The notes below the pieces were generated by a model. The model did no database searches, was not told the DNA's origin, and was given only the letters and a program-made list of their open reading frames with translations. Below are positions 37,866 through 47,250 of a stretch of DNA of 55,693 nucleotides, piece after piece (within the stretch, counting starts at the first letter, position 1; each line of letters starts with the position of its first letter). The stretch comes from Candidatus Thorarchaeota archaeon SMTZ1-45 (GTDB taxonomy: Archaea; Asgardarchaeota; Thorarchaeia; Thorarchaeales; Thorarchaeaceae). The stretch spans positions 1 to 55,693 of the forward strand of contig LRSL01000031.1 of assembly GCA_001563335.1 (NCBI GenBank). The letters run 5' to 3'. The position numbers and the translations under genes are program-made.

Positions 37866-39347
37866 ATGGGAGAAGAAACTTCTGTAGAATTAGAAGTAGC
37901 CCGTGAAACTTGGGTTACCCGTATGGGTTTCGTTTTCGCGGTCTGGGGTTCCATGACAGGATTGGGGAACGTCTGGAACTGGCCATTCAAGGTGTCAGTC
38001 TTGGGTGGTGGTCCCTTCGTACTCATATACCTTATCATGCTACTTTTGGTAGGTATTCCTGTTGTGCTAACAGAGTTTGTTCTGGGGTCAACCTTTAGAA
38101 GAGGATTCCCAGGCGCACTCAAAAGAATTCATCCCTTGGGAGAATTCCTTGGCTGGTTCTGCCTTGTCAATACAGCAATTCTTACAGCGTTCTATACCGT
38201 GCTGATCGGATATGCAGCAGTCTATGCTGGCTATGCTATCACTGGTCTACCACTTGATGGTGTTATGGGACCATCGACATTTACTGATCAACCAGGATTC
38301 TTTGTGAACATGCTGATGTCCCCAATAGTCCTGGTTGGGCTTATTGTGGTATGGTTAGTTGTCTTCATAATTGACTACTTTGGAACAAGAGGCATCGAAC
38401 GTTCAGTGATGATACTCTTCCCATTGATGTGGATAATCATCATCTTTATGGCGTTCTGGGGACTTGCCCAGCCAAATGCGTATCAGGGATTAGATTTCTA
38501 CCTAAACCCAGATGTGGAGCAGTTTCTAAATCCAAATATGTGGTCAACTGCAGTTTCATTGAGCTTCTTCAAACTTAGTGCAGGAATGGGAGCGTTAACC
38601 GCTTATGCGAGTTACCTTCCACGTCGTGGTGAACTTACTAACAGTGCAGTGACAACAAGCCTGCTTGATACTACATTCGCATTCACTGCAGGAATGGCAG
38701 TCTTCACAATTGCAGCCACTGCTGGTTTTCTTGGCGGAGGCGGCGTAGGTTTCGCATTCGTTGCATGGCCTGGAGGAATGGTAATACCAGGAGGTAACAT
38801 CCTGGGCTTTGTGTTCTTCCTGATGATGGTGTTCCTCGGAGTGACGAGTGCCATATCATTGGTGGAAGCTATAGTCACAGCTGTAATGGACAAGTTTGGA
38901 TGGCCACGATCGAAAGCTGTGATTGTAATAACCCTCATCCTGTTTCTTGGTGGAGTTCCATTCACACTGTGGATGGAGTTGCCAGATCCAATGGGAGCAG
39001 GGGATGTAGTCTGGGGTCTGTATTTACTCGATATATTCGACTACTATGTTGAGAACTTTGGTCTTGTTCTTGTCACTCTATTCATGATGATAATCATGGC
39101 TTGGGTCTGGGGCGGAGCAAAGATTTTAGATGCAGCAAACGAGGCGGGAGACTTCAAACTGCCTAGCTGGTACAAATGGGTAGTCAAAGTGATTTCACCC
39201 GTTGGTATCATTATTGCGCTTGCCTTCATTATCATCAATGGCTTCTATGCAGTTGGAAGTATCATGGAGTTCACAGCACCCTTGATATGGATAGCAATCT
39301 GTATCGTATTTGCGGCTATCTTATGGCGTATGAAGGGGGTTGATTAA
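37866..39347 (+). CDS. NSS (SLC6/LeuT-family) transporter
   Basis: RETW..RMGF, GLGNVW, GGGPF..IYL, GIP...EF..G, GIERS, YASYL and TSAISLVE. GAGGT RBS supports a start at 37866 (ORF track gives 37773). Confidence 0.9.
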   Translation: MGEETSVELEVARETWVTRMGFVFAVWGSMTGLGNVWNWPFKVSVLGGGPFVLIYLIMLLLVGIPVVLTEFVLGSTFRRGFPGALKRIHPLGEFLGWFCLVNTAILTAFYTVLIGYAAVYAGYAITGLPLDGVMGPSTFTDQPGFFVNMLMSPIVLVGLIVVWLVVFIIDYFGTRGIERSVMILFPLMWIIIIFMAFWGLAQPNAYQGLDFYLNPDVEQFLNPNMWSTAVSLSFFKLSAGMGALTAYASYLPRRGELTNSAVTTSLLDTTFAFTAGMAVFTIAATAGFLGGGGVGFAFVAWPGGMVIPGGNILGFVFFLMMVFLGVTSAISLVEAIVTAVMDKFGWPRSKAVIVITLILFLGGVPFTLWMELPDPMGAGDVVWGLYLLDIFDYYVENFGLVLVTLFMMIIMAWVWGGAKILDAANEAGDFKLPSWYKWVVKVISPVGIIIALAFIIINGFYAVGSIMEFTAPLIWIAICIVFAAILWRMKGVD

Positions 39348-39349
39348 GG

Positions 39350-39574
39350 ATGGGATTAATGGACATCTTTTTCGGCCCATATGAGCGGTTTGGAATGAGA
39401 GGCGGTTTCATCATCTTGATACTCGTGGCGATAGTTGGTGGAATCTTTGCAGCTTGGATGTGGACAATAGGCACACAACCGTTGGCTGCAGTGTCATTCA
39501 TGCTAGACCTAACTCTCACATATGGCGTACTATTCATGTTCCTGTACATTATGTGGTATCGTCGCCCCAAGTGA
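39350..39574 (+). CDS. Small two-TM membrane protein, possible accessory subunit of the NSS transporter
   Basis: Starts 2 bp after the transporter stop; two hydrophobic helices and a basic C-terminus; followed by a C/T-run terminator. Confidence 0.6.
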   Translation: MGLMDIFFGPYERFGMRGGFIILILVAIVGGIFAAWMWTIGTQPLAAVSFMLDLTLTYGVLFMFLYIMWYRRPK

Positions 39575-39630
39575 CTTATACCACATACCCCCCTTTTTTT
39601 TATACTAATAACAAGGATGTCTGATGTTAA

Positions 39631-40047
39631 ATGTCACAAGGATTAGAGCGGCTCACTGGAAAAGTGCGACGTCGGAGATATAGATACTATACATTTGGGA
39701 TCATCACAATTATAGCACTCAGCCTTGCAGGAATTACTGGCTTCATGATATTTGGTGCAACTGATGAGGGGTGGACCAGCATTCAATCCAGTGTTTTCCT
39801 CTCGTTTGCTATCCTGCTTTTATTCCTTGTACCTACCAGAGATATGAGGCGTGCTGAAGCAATCATAATAATTGCATCTGAGCATGGTGGAACACTAAAA
39901 GTTGAAACGATTCAAAAAGAATTGGAACTTCCTAGTGACAAGATACTAGCTCTGCTTGGTTGGATGGTGAAGCAGAAGATAGCTGAAGAACGTGAACAGA
40001 CCGGCCGATGGGTCTTTCCAGAACTGCGTCGCAGTAAGGACGAATAA
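39631..40047 (+). CDS. Two-TM membrane protein with C-terminal wHTH-like segment
   Basis: Two hydrophobic helices, then GGTLKVETIQKELELPSDKILALLGWMVKQKIA. Confidence 0.55.
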   Translation: MSQGLERLTGKVRRRRYRYYTFGIITIIALSLAGITGFMIFGATDEGWTSIQSSVFLSFAILLLFLVPTRDMRRAEAIIIIASEHGGTLKVETIQKELELPSDKILALLGWMVKQKIAEEREQTGRWVFPELRRSKDE

Positions 40048-40074
40048 GGTATCTGCTTTGATGCCTTTACAAGT

Positions 40075-41193
40075 CTAACTGAGCATTGATGTGATGACAC
40101 CATCATAGTCCAATAATTCATTTATCTTCTTGAATGGCTTCTTTTTCCCCCTTCTATCCAACCATTCACCTTCAATATCAATGACACGCTGGGTTTCGTC
40201 TTCGGCAATTCGTACACGAGACCAGTTCCAATATTCCAAAGTACCCTTATTTAGAGTGATTGAGATTGAAGTTTTAGAAGTGTCATAACCAACTGTAACT
40301 TTGGTCCTGTTACCAAATTCGAGATCACGTGTTTCTTCAACAATCTGTCCATTCTCATCGGTACGTTTGACACTGATATATGCACCAAATGCCTCATGGA
40401 TGTGACCAACTAGAACTAGGAAAGGTCGGTATTCGTTTATGAATTCGCTAAGAGCTGTACTACCCTTATGTTCTCCCCAAAGATGAGGAGGAACTCCAAA
40501 TCTACCGAGACGGTCTCTCATGCCAAAAGGGGGGCTGTGTGTTGCTATGATTGTATTCTCAGGTTTTGCTTTTATTCTTGCCACTGCATCATCAATTGCC
40601 CATCTGAGATTCTCTTCAGATCGTTCTCCCGGGAAGGTGTAATTGATTGGGTTTGATCCTTCGACTCCTACAAAGGCATACCCTTTCTCTTCGAACACAC
40701 CACCAGGCCATGTTTCTCTCTTACTGTGAAGGTCCATATAGACTTCATCAGGATGAATATTGTCTATTCGTGATTTGATCGCTTTGTCACAACCAATATC
40801 ACTCAACAAATCGGAGCCTATTGCTTCCACAGCATCAGATGTTGTACCAAACATTTCATAATTGCCAGCCACACAAACTGTGGGAGCTGGAGATGCCTCT
40901 AGAGTCTTAAGGAGGTCTGTTAGTTTTTCAACTGAGTCTTTTGCGATGATTGATAAATCAGCCTGAGCTTTTAGATATGCAGGTTCAGCCAAGTAATCAC
41001 CATCAAATATCACAATATCTGGAGGACAATCTTTCAGATTTTCAAGAAGTAGCTTGACTTTACCTTTCTCTTCGTGTGGATCACCGCTTCCTGCAAACTC
41101 TAAGAGTTTGTTCTTTTCAAAATATGATTCAAGGTCTTCCACTTTTATGGATGATTTATCTTTGCGTAGGAAACTCATTGAGATGCACCACAC
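40075..41193 (-). CDS. Icc-like metallophosphoesterase
   Basis: GDPH, DGD, GNYE, THSPP and GHIHE motifs. Confidence 0.75.
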   Translation of the reverse strand: MWCISMSFLRKDKSSIKVEDLESYFEKNKLLEFAGSGDPHEEKGKVKLLLENLKDCPPDIVIFDGDYLAEPAYLKAQADLSIIAKDSVEKLTDLLKTLEASPAPTVCVAGNYEMFGTTSDAVEAIGSDLLSDIGCDKAIKSRIDNIHPDEVYMDLHSKRETWPGGVFEEKGYAFVGVEGSNPINYTFPGERSEENLRWAIDDAVARIKAKPENTIIATHSPPFGMRDRLGRFGVPPHLWGEHKGSTALSEFINEYRPFLVLVGHIHEAFGAYISVKRTDENGQIVEETRDLEFGNRTKVTVGYDTSKTSISITLNKGTLEYWNWSRVRIAEDETQRVIDIEGEWLDRRGKKKPFKKINELLDYDGVITSMLS

Positions 41194-41299
41194 TGAAGCA
41201 GTAGATGTTAGCTATTGAAGATAGAATAACATTGGATTTATCTGTTGGGGAATATAACCCATGGTGAATAAAAAGAGTGTTCTTTGTTAACATAATTAG

Positions 41300-41839
41300 G
41301 TGAAACACTTGGCCCATATCTATATCGACTGTTTTGATGCAAATGGATTTTACGAGGAGAACTACAAACGAATAGTTCTTGTGATGGCAAAGTTAGCAGA
41401 ATCTAAACCTCTTGAGAGAGAATGGGTTTCTTCTCAAGCAGTCGGTGGTACTTGGGCAAGATCGATCAGATGCGTATTTAAAACAGATACCGATGCACGA
41501 AGAATTAAGGAACTCATGGTGGGTCTTGAATATTGCAGCCTAGACGAGGTTCCTGATGTTCTGCGTCCAAAAAGTGGTTCTGAAGTGTTCAGGTTTGCTG
41601 ATATTGATGTGCTTGAAATAATCGGGACAGAAAACAGTGCAAGAAGGCGACTTGCTGGACGCTTAAAGGTGAGTGATAAGAAAATCGGAATTGGTGATAT
41701 ACGAGAGGGTGATTCTGATACAGACTTTATGCTTTCATGTAGAAGAAACTTAATCGAAGGACTCGATGAGGAAACCCTGCGAGAATTGTATGATTTGGAA
41801 AAAATGATTTTCAAAGGACTCAGCAGATCGATTTTGTAG
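41300..41839 (+). CDS. Hypothetical protein (weak CitX-like motif)
   Basis: IKELMVGLE...RFADIDV; fills the gap between minus-strand genes. Confidence 0.55.
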   Translation: MKHLAHIYIDCFDANGFYEENYKRIVLVMAKLAESKPLEREWVSSQAVGGTWARSIRCVFKTDTDARRIKELMVGLEYCSLDEVPDVLRPKSGSEVFRFADIDVLEIIGTENSARRRLAGRLKVSDKKIGIGDIREGDSDTDFMLSCRRNLIEGLDEETLRELYDLEKMIFKGLSRSIL

Positions 41840-41966
41840 CAAAACAATTTGAGGTCCATCAATACATATTGAACTGATTCTCTTTGAACGGAGTATAACT
41901 GGAAGCATTGAAAGTTTCAGAACATGCCAAGGATTTTTGTTATACCTTGACATGCTCTTGATAGAC

Positions 41967-43223
41967 TTAATCGTATCCTAACGACGGTACCCTTGCAAGA
42001 AAGTTCATGAAATAACCTATGAAGACAGATACAACAAGACCAGCACTAGTTGTGAGAAGGACAGTGACCCAGTCGGGTGTTGCTCCATAAAACATCTGCA
42101 TGATTGACCAATAAGTACCAGCCAGGCTCATACCCGCAAATGCAACTTTCTTTAATGGAACCTTAACAGTCTTCGTCTGGAGGACACCCATATCTACAAG
42201 TGCAGCTGCAAGTGCTCCAGCCTTGTCAGGTTTTAGTTTCAGTTTCTTGCCAAGTTGACCAACAGTGACTTTCGACTTTGGTCTTATTACCCTCAATGCT
42301 TTGGGTGCATATTCAGCAATGTCTTGAGAGAAGTATTGGACTGCGGCTCCTGTGTCGATTCCACATTTACCGCATGTTGGGGCATCCTTCTTCCATTTCT
42401 TCCCGCATTGTGGGCAACGTTTTCCATCCCAAGCACTACTTGCAGCCTGACTGACTCGTCTAACAAGCTCATCTTTGTCAATAGTTTCTCCCTCCTTTTT
42501 GGGTTTCCTTCGAAGAACGACAGCTACTGGGAATATTCCCACATCTGAACCTCTGACCGCACCTCTCATCTTTCGTGCTGAAAGAATCCCTCTTTGGAAT
42601 TCATCAAGGGAGAGTATGAGTGAGAACACTGCCATCACAGCAAAACCAGCCGTCACAAGACCAGTGACAGAGTAGAGTACGCCAAAACCTGTTGGCCCAA
42701 TATGAAGGACAAAGTTCTGACTAATAGTCGTATTTACACTAGGCGAGGTTGAATTTGAGTATGTAAATGAGAAAAGACCTGTTATTGTACCTGAAACCAG
42801 TGTGATGTTGCCAATGGAGAAAAGTGGGGCAAGGGATATCGGTCCCAGAGAGTAACTTACAGTTGTGTTGTTAGGTAATTCTCCATAGATGCTCATATCA
42901 AATGGAGGAGGATTTATGATTGGTACGGACATGTAAGCCATCTGAAACTTGGCCTCTTGAATTGTCAGATTGGTTTCTGTAAGTATTGTGACATTGATCA
43001 TGATAGGATCTGAAACATCCAACTCGATTGGTTTTGTAACATTGGATTTGGCTGCATTTATTCCATTCACTTCAAGTAGAAAGCCAAGATTGTCATCGCC
43101 ACTCCAACCAACAGGTGGTGCTGCATGGACAGGCATTGAGATTGTTGGCAAGATAAGACAAGTAATCGTGAACAAAAACAGAAAATGTGGTAGCATCTTT
43201 CGCATTCTAATGTACCTCTTCAA
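41967..43223 (-). CDS. Membrane protein: signal peptide, extracellular domain, TM, cytoplasmic Zn-ribbon plus wHTH-like region, two C-terminal TMs
   Basis: Signal peptide ending VHA-A; several N-x-S/T sequons; CPQC-x9-CGKC; TVGQLGKKLKLKPDKAGALAAALVDMGVL. Confidence 0.7.
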   Translation of the reverse strand: MKRYIRMRKMLPHFLFLFTITCLILPTISMPVHAAPPVGWSGDDNLGFLLEVNGINAAKSNVTKPIELDVSDPIMINVTILTETNLTIQEAKFQMAYMSVPIINPPPFDMSIYGELPNNTTVSYSLGPISLAPLFSIGNITLVSGTITGLFSFTYSNSTSPSVNTTISQNFVLHIGPTGFGVLYSVTGLVTAGFAVMAVFSLILSLDEFQRGILSARKMRGAVRGSDVGIFPVAVVLRRKPKKEGETIDKDELVRRVSQAASSAWDGKRCPQCGKKWKKDAPTCGKCGIDTGAAVQYFSQDIAEYAPKALRVIRPKSKVTVGQLGKKLKLKPDKAGALAAALVDMGVLQTKTVKVPLKKVAFAGMSLAGTYWSIMQMFYGATPDWVTVLLTTSAGLVVSVFIGYFMNFLARVPSLGYD

Positions 43224-43258
43224 GGCTAAATTACGAAGAAACGATTGGACCTTTACCT

Positions 43259-43645
43259 TTAACTGTTGTTTGCTTTGAAGTCCCCACCCATCGCCTCTTC
43301 AATTTCTCTATCAAAGTCTTCTTCATCACTAGGCTCAAAAATGACATGACGTTTAGGAGGCTTCTCAGGTAGAGGTGCCCAATTGGCAATAGCTCCCAAG
43401 ATATAGCCGCCAAAGAATGACAGGATTATGAGTATCACTTCATATGTCGTTATGGTGATTGGTAGTCCCAAGTCCATGGTCAGGAATAGCAATGACGTTA
43501 TCATGCCACCAAAGAAACTGATAATGACGCCCAGGCCAAATCGAGTGTTGAAGTTGAGATCTTCCATTCCCCCGATAAAATATCCTGAGGCTATACCTAT
43601 CAGTAGTCCAGGAGCTCCTAAAATGGCGACATCCAAGTATTGCAT
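43259..43645 (-). CDS. Small three-TM membrane protein with acidic C-terminal tail
   Basis: Three Gly-rich hydrophobic helices; immediately upstream of the previous gene on the same strand. Confidence 0.65.
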   Translation of the reverse strand: MQYLDVAILGAPGLLIGIASGYFIGGMEDLNFNTRFGLGVIISFFGGMITSLLFLTMDLGLPITITTYEVILIILSFFGGYILGAIANWAPLPEKPPKRHVIFEPSDEEDFDREIEEAMGGDFKANNS

Positions 43646-43727
43646 AAACTTATCTCCGCGTCAAGTATAGGATGAAAAAAAGCATTGATTAATTCTTTGC
43701 CACATGCATGGATAAGACAGATGTCAA

Positions 43728-44270
43728 TTACCACTTATTCCAATGTACAATCTCAGAAAGTTCCTTCCTCTTTCTCGGAGCCTTCTCCTTTTCTCTCGAC
43801 CGCTCATCAAGCATTTCGGGGTCGCCCTCATATCCAATGAATACAACAGTCACTATTCTATATTCATCCGGTATTCCTGCGATATCTTTGAGCTGGTCTT
43901 CGTTCCATCCTGATGTTGGATGTCCCATTAGTCCAAGATGAACAGTCTGAAGAAGCATATTTTCAACTGCTAGACCAACATCCATCATGAAATAAGGTAG
44001 TCCATGAGATGAGCAGCCTCCATCCTCCTTTGCAGCAACAATAATCATAACTGGTGCAGCTTTTGCATAAGCATTGCCTCTGCTTAGAGCCTCATGTGCT
44101 TTTGTTAATACTTCCGGTTCTTGAATCACCACAAAATTCCATGCTTGCGCGTTCATGCATGAAGGTGCCCATCTCCCAGCTTCAAGGATTGATTCAAGCA
44201 TATCTTCTGAGATTTGTTTGTTAGAAAAAGCTCTTCCACTGCGTCGCTTCATAATCTCCTCTAATATCAT
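43728..44270 (-). CDS. Nitroreductase family protein
   Basis: RRSGRAF, AGRWAPSCMNAQAW and DVGLAVENMLL...GL. Confidence 0.9.
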   Translation of the reverse strand: MILEEIMKRRSGRAFSNKQISEDMLESILEAGRWAPSCMNAQAWNFVVIQEPEVLTKAHEALSRGNAYAKAAPVMIIVAAKEDGGCSSHGLPYFMMDVGLAVENMLLQTVHLGLMGHPTSGWNEDQLKDIAGIPDEYRIVTVVFIGYEGDPEMLDERSREKEKAPRKRKELSEIVHWNKW

Positions 44271-44300
44271 GAAATGGACCCCACATTTTTCCTTTCGCCT

Positions 44301-44468
44301 TTATTCTTTTAGAGCCATAGAAGTTCCGCAATGTTCAGGAACATCTTGATGCCCACAAGCAGGTCCCATCCAGCAGACTAGTTGGTCACCTTCCATGTGC
44401 ATCTCTTTTCCGCAATGTACAGGTACAGATACCTCGGCTCCACACTTCTTGCATACTAGTTTTCCCAT
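44301..44468 (-). CDS. 55-aa Cys/His metal-binding microprotein (not in the ORF track)
   Basis: Hand translation gives MGKLVCKKCGAEVSVPVHCGKEMHMEGDQLVCWMGPACGHQDVPEHCGTSMALKE*. AGGTGA RBS upstream; duplicated C...C...HCGxxM motif. Confidence 0.8.
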   Translation of the reverse strand: MGKLVCKKCGAEVSVPVHCGKEMHMEGDQLVCWMGPACGHQDVPEHCGTSMALKE

Positions 44469-44679
44469 ATCAAAATCACCTTTCGAGCTACCTGCTCCAA
44501 AGTATACGTATTAGGTATTAACTATATTTAACTTTATTGAATGCTCTATGCATTAGGCATGAGGAAAAACCAGATCCCACTGTGAATTTGGTGGAGCAGA
44601 CTATGTAATAGCTATAGACTGTTGCAGACTTTGAAATCCTCGATAACATTTCCAATACCATCTTTACAGGCAGGACAGA

Positions 44680-45939
44680 TTAGTTGGGATAGTACTTGTT
44701 GGGTGCTTCAGTGTATACTTTCTCATCTGTTTTGTACGCACCAGGTGTGTCTAGCTCTACATCTCGTTTTAGTGACCGGTCTTCAGCTAATATTTCATTG
44801 AAGACTTCGTTTTGAATGATGAGCCTTTGCACCTCATTGCTCCCAGTCCAGATGGTTGCTAGGCGGGCATCACGATAAAGTCGTTCTATTGGATATACAT
44901 CAGTGTAGCCTATCCCTCCAAGAATCTGCATAGCCTCGTGAACAGCTACAAATCCAGCCTCAGTGGCAAACACTTTTGCTTGAGACACCTCTTTCCTACA
45001 CCATTTCCCTGTGTCAGCCTTCTTAGCAGCACGATACACAAGACCTCTTGCTGCATCAAGTGAAGTAGTGCAGTCTGCAACCTTGAAGCTAATTGCTTCG
45101 AACTTCTTGATGGCTCGTCCAAACGCCTCTCTTTTGTCCGCATACCTCACAGCAATCTCCATAGCAGCTCGACCCATGCCAATAGGACCTGCAGCTGAGG
45201 TCAATCTCTCAGGCACCATCATCGCGTTGAATATCGAGTTCCCATCATTAAGTTCACCAACTAGGTTCACCACAGGGACTTCTACGTTCCTCATCACTAT
45301 TCTAGCAGCCCCCATACCACGGCAACCCATGAGTTCGTACTCCTCTTCAACCTTGACGCCCATATCACGATCGACGAGAAATGCACTCAGTGCTTCATGT
45401 GCTGGTGCCTTAAAGTCTGTCTTGGCATAAACGAGGAAATAATCTGCTCCGACACCTCCTGCAACAAATCGTTTCTCTCCATTAACGATGAAGACATCAT
45501 CTTTCTTAATAGCGGTTGTATTAGTACCAAAGAAATCTGATCCACCTCGTGGTTCTGTCAAACCTTCACCGCAGATTTTTTTCCCTTGAAGGGTCGGAAG
45601 TAAATAGTCCTTCTTTTGTTCGGAGGTCCCAAACCTATCAATTGCCTCACCTACAATACTTGGAAGTGAATATGCACAGCCGAGAGCAATTCCAAGTACC
45701 CCGATTTCTTCAAGGGCAACCATCTCTGAAACCCAACCTAAACCACGTCCACCGTATTCCTTTGGGAATCGTAATCCAAGGAGATTCTCCTTGGCTGCGG
45801 CCTTGATGAACTCGTATGGATATTCCTTCGCCTTGCTATCCATAGCCAGTATTAGTTCTCGGTCGACCTTGTCCCTTACAAACCTTCGAACTTCATCTCG
45901 GATATTTCGTTCATCCTCATTCAATAGAACATCAAACAT
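44680..45939 (-). CDS. Acyl-CoA dehydrogenase
   Basis: PKEYGGRG, GLTEPRGGSD, NGEKRF, REAFGRAI, QILGGIGY and IERLYRDARLATIWTGSNEVQ. Confidence 0.93.
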   Translation of the reverse strand: MFDVLLNEDERNIRDEVRRFVRDKVDRELILAMDSKAKEYPYEFIKAAAKENLLGLRFPKEYGGRGLGWVSEMVALEEIGVLGIALGCAYSLPSIVGEAIDRFGTSEQKKDYLLPTLQGKKICGEGLTEPRGGSDFFGTNTTAIKKDDVFIVNGEKRFVAGGVGADYFLVYAKTDFKAPAHEALSAFLVDRDMGVKVEEEYELMGCRGMGAARIVMRNVEVPVVNLVGELNDGNSIFNAMMVPERLTSAAGPIGMGRAAMEIAVRYADKREAFGRAIKKFEAISFKVADCTTSLDAARGLVYRAAKKADTGKWCRKEVSQAKVFATEAGFVAVHEAMQILGGIGYTDVYPIERLYRDARLATIWTGSNEVQRLIIQNEVFNEILAEDRSLKRDVELDTPGAYKTDEKVYTEAPNKYYPN

Positions 45940-45942
45940 TGT

Positions 45943-46293
45943 TTAACCTCTTGTTCCCTCTAACAAAGAGGCGAGTGTATCATCAGACCCACCTGCTCTT
46001 TGTATACTAATTGCCTCGACAGGACAGACAATCTCGCATACAAGACATAATATGCAGTCATCTTCTCTAACAGGATCTACTACCAAACGCTCAGATTCAT
46101 CCTGCATCATTATAAACACATTAGTCGGACACGCATGAACACACTTCTCACAACCATAGCATACTGAGAAGTCTACTCCCACAACATAGCCATGAATATC
46201 AGCCATTTTCCTCTGTGGTGATTGCCAAACAGGATGCCCAAGATGTTGTTTGACAATCTTCCATGTTTTTCTGAATGTCCTATCAATTGGCAC
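45943..46293 (-). CDS. 2x[4Fe-4S] ferredoxin
   Basis: CYGCEKCVHACP and CILCLVCEIVCP; archaeal-type MPID N-terminus. Confidence 0.9.
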   Translation of the reverse strand: MPIDRTFRKTWKIVKQHLGHPVWQSPQRKMADIHGYVVGVDFSVCYGCEKCVHACPTNVFIMMQDESERLVVDPVREDDCILCLVCEIVCPVEAISIQRAGGSDDTLASLLEGTRG

Positions 46294-46335
46294 AAGAAAA
46301 GAAAATACAAGGTCCCTTTTAGAGAATGTGGAAAC

Positions 46336-47163
46336 CTAGATTAGTTGCTCTAAAAACTCTGTTTTCCGACTGACTCTATAGTCTTGAAGTAGCTCTGCTA
46401 GTCTTCTTGCGTTCATCACCAATCTATCCCAGAATCTCTCCGCATCTTCTGAGTCATGTAACCTAAATTCAATATCAAAATTATGAGGACCATAACTAGG
46501 TATCCACCCGGTCATGTCTGCAAGGGTGAACAAATGAGCGCTAGACCTTGGGTATGCCCTCTCATCAAACATTACGTAAGGGAGATACGGATCTCTATTA
46601 GGATGATCTTTTTTCAATCCTGAGCAACTCTGTGTAGTAGGAAAACCCAAAGCATTCAATGACTTGATGTGTGCCTGTATTGATTCATCAACTGAGTATA
46701 GAAATTCATTCACGGGTTTGAACCTATGATTTGGACCCTCCCAGTTCTTTCGATACCAGCGATTCTCATTGTATATCCAATGTGTGGTTGGAATGATTCC
46801 ATGTTTTAATTCCTGTCTATAGTCGTCAAGAGAGTTCATCACTTCATTTACGAAATCTAAAAGCCGCATCCATGATTCATATTGATTCGACATGCTCTCT
46901 GGCCCAAAGAGAACCACATTTTCCTCTGAATTTAGTTCAGGCATCCATTGAGCCGCATCAGCAATTGTAAACAAGTGTGCTTCGAACCCAGGATAACTCG
47001 ATCTGTCAAATTCAATTAATGGTCGTTCCTCTAGACCATTGTCAAGAGCTGTACTAAAGTGATTCACGACTAGGTCGAATTTAGAAAGAGCAGAAATGCT
47101 CCTTTGAATCTCACACAAAATCATATGCAAGCTCCACAGATTGACTTCTAGTTCTAATTTCAC
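46336..47163 (-). CDS. Hypothetical protein with Tyw3-like 'VD..I...LN..G..T..SCSG' motif
   Basis: VDESIQAHIKSLNALGFPTTQSCSG in the C-terminal half. Confidence 0.55.
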   Translation of the reverse strand: MKLELEVNLWSLHMILCEIQRSISALSKFDLVVNHFSTALDNGLEERPLIEFDRSSYPGFEAHLFTIADAAQWMPELNSEENVVLFGPESMSNQYESWMRLLDFVNEVMNSLDDYRQELKHGIIPTTHWIYNENRWYRKNWEGPNHRFKPVNEFLYSVDESIQAHIKSLNALGFPTTQSCSGLKKDHPNRDPYLPYVMFDERAYPRSSAHLFTLADMTGWIPSYGPHNFDIEFRLHDSEDAERFWDRLVMNARRLAELLQDYRVSRKTEFLEQLI

Positions 47164-47250
47164 AAGGATGCTTATTTATTCTTCATTAGGTTCACGAAGT
47201 GATTAAATACGAGCACATGACCTTGTATTCAAGAGAGCTGGAGATGGGAT

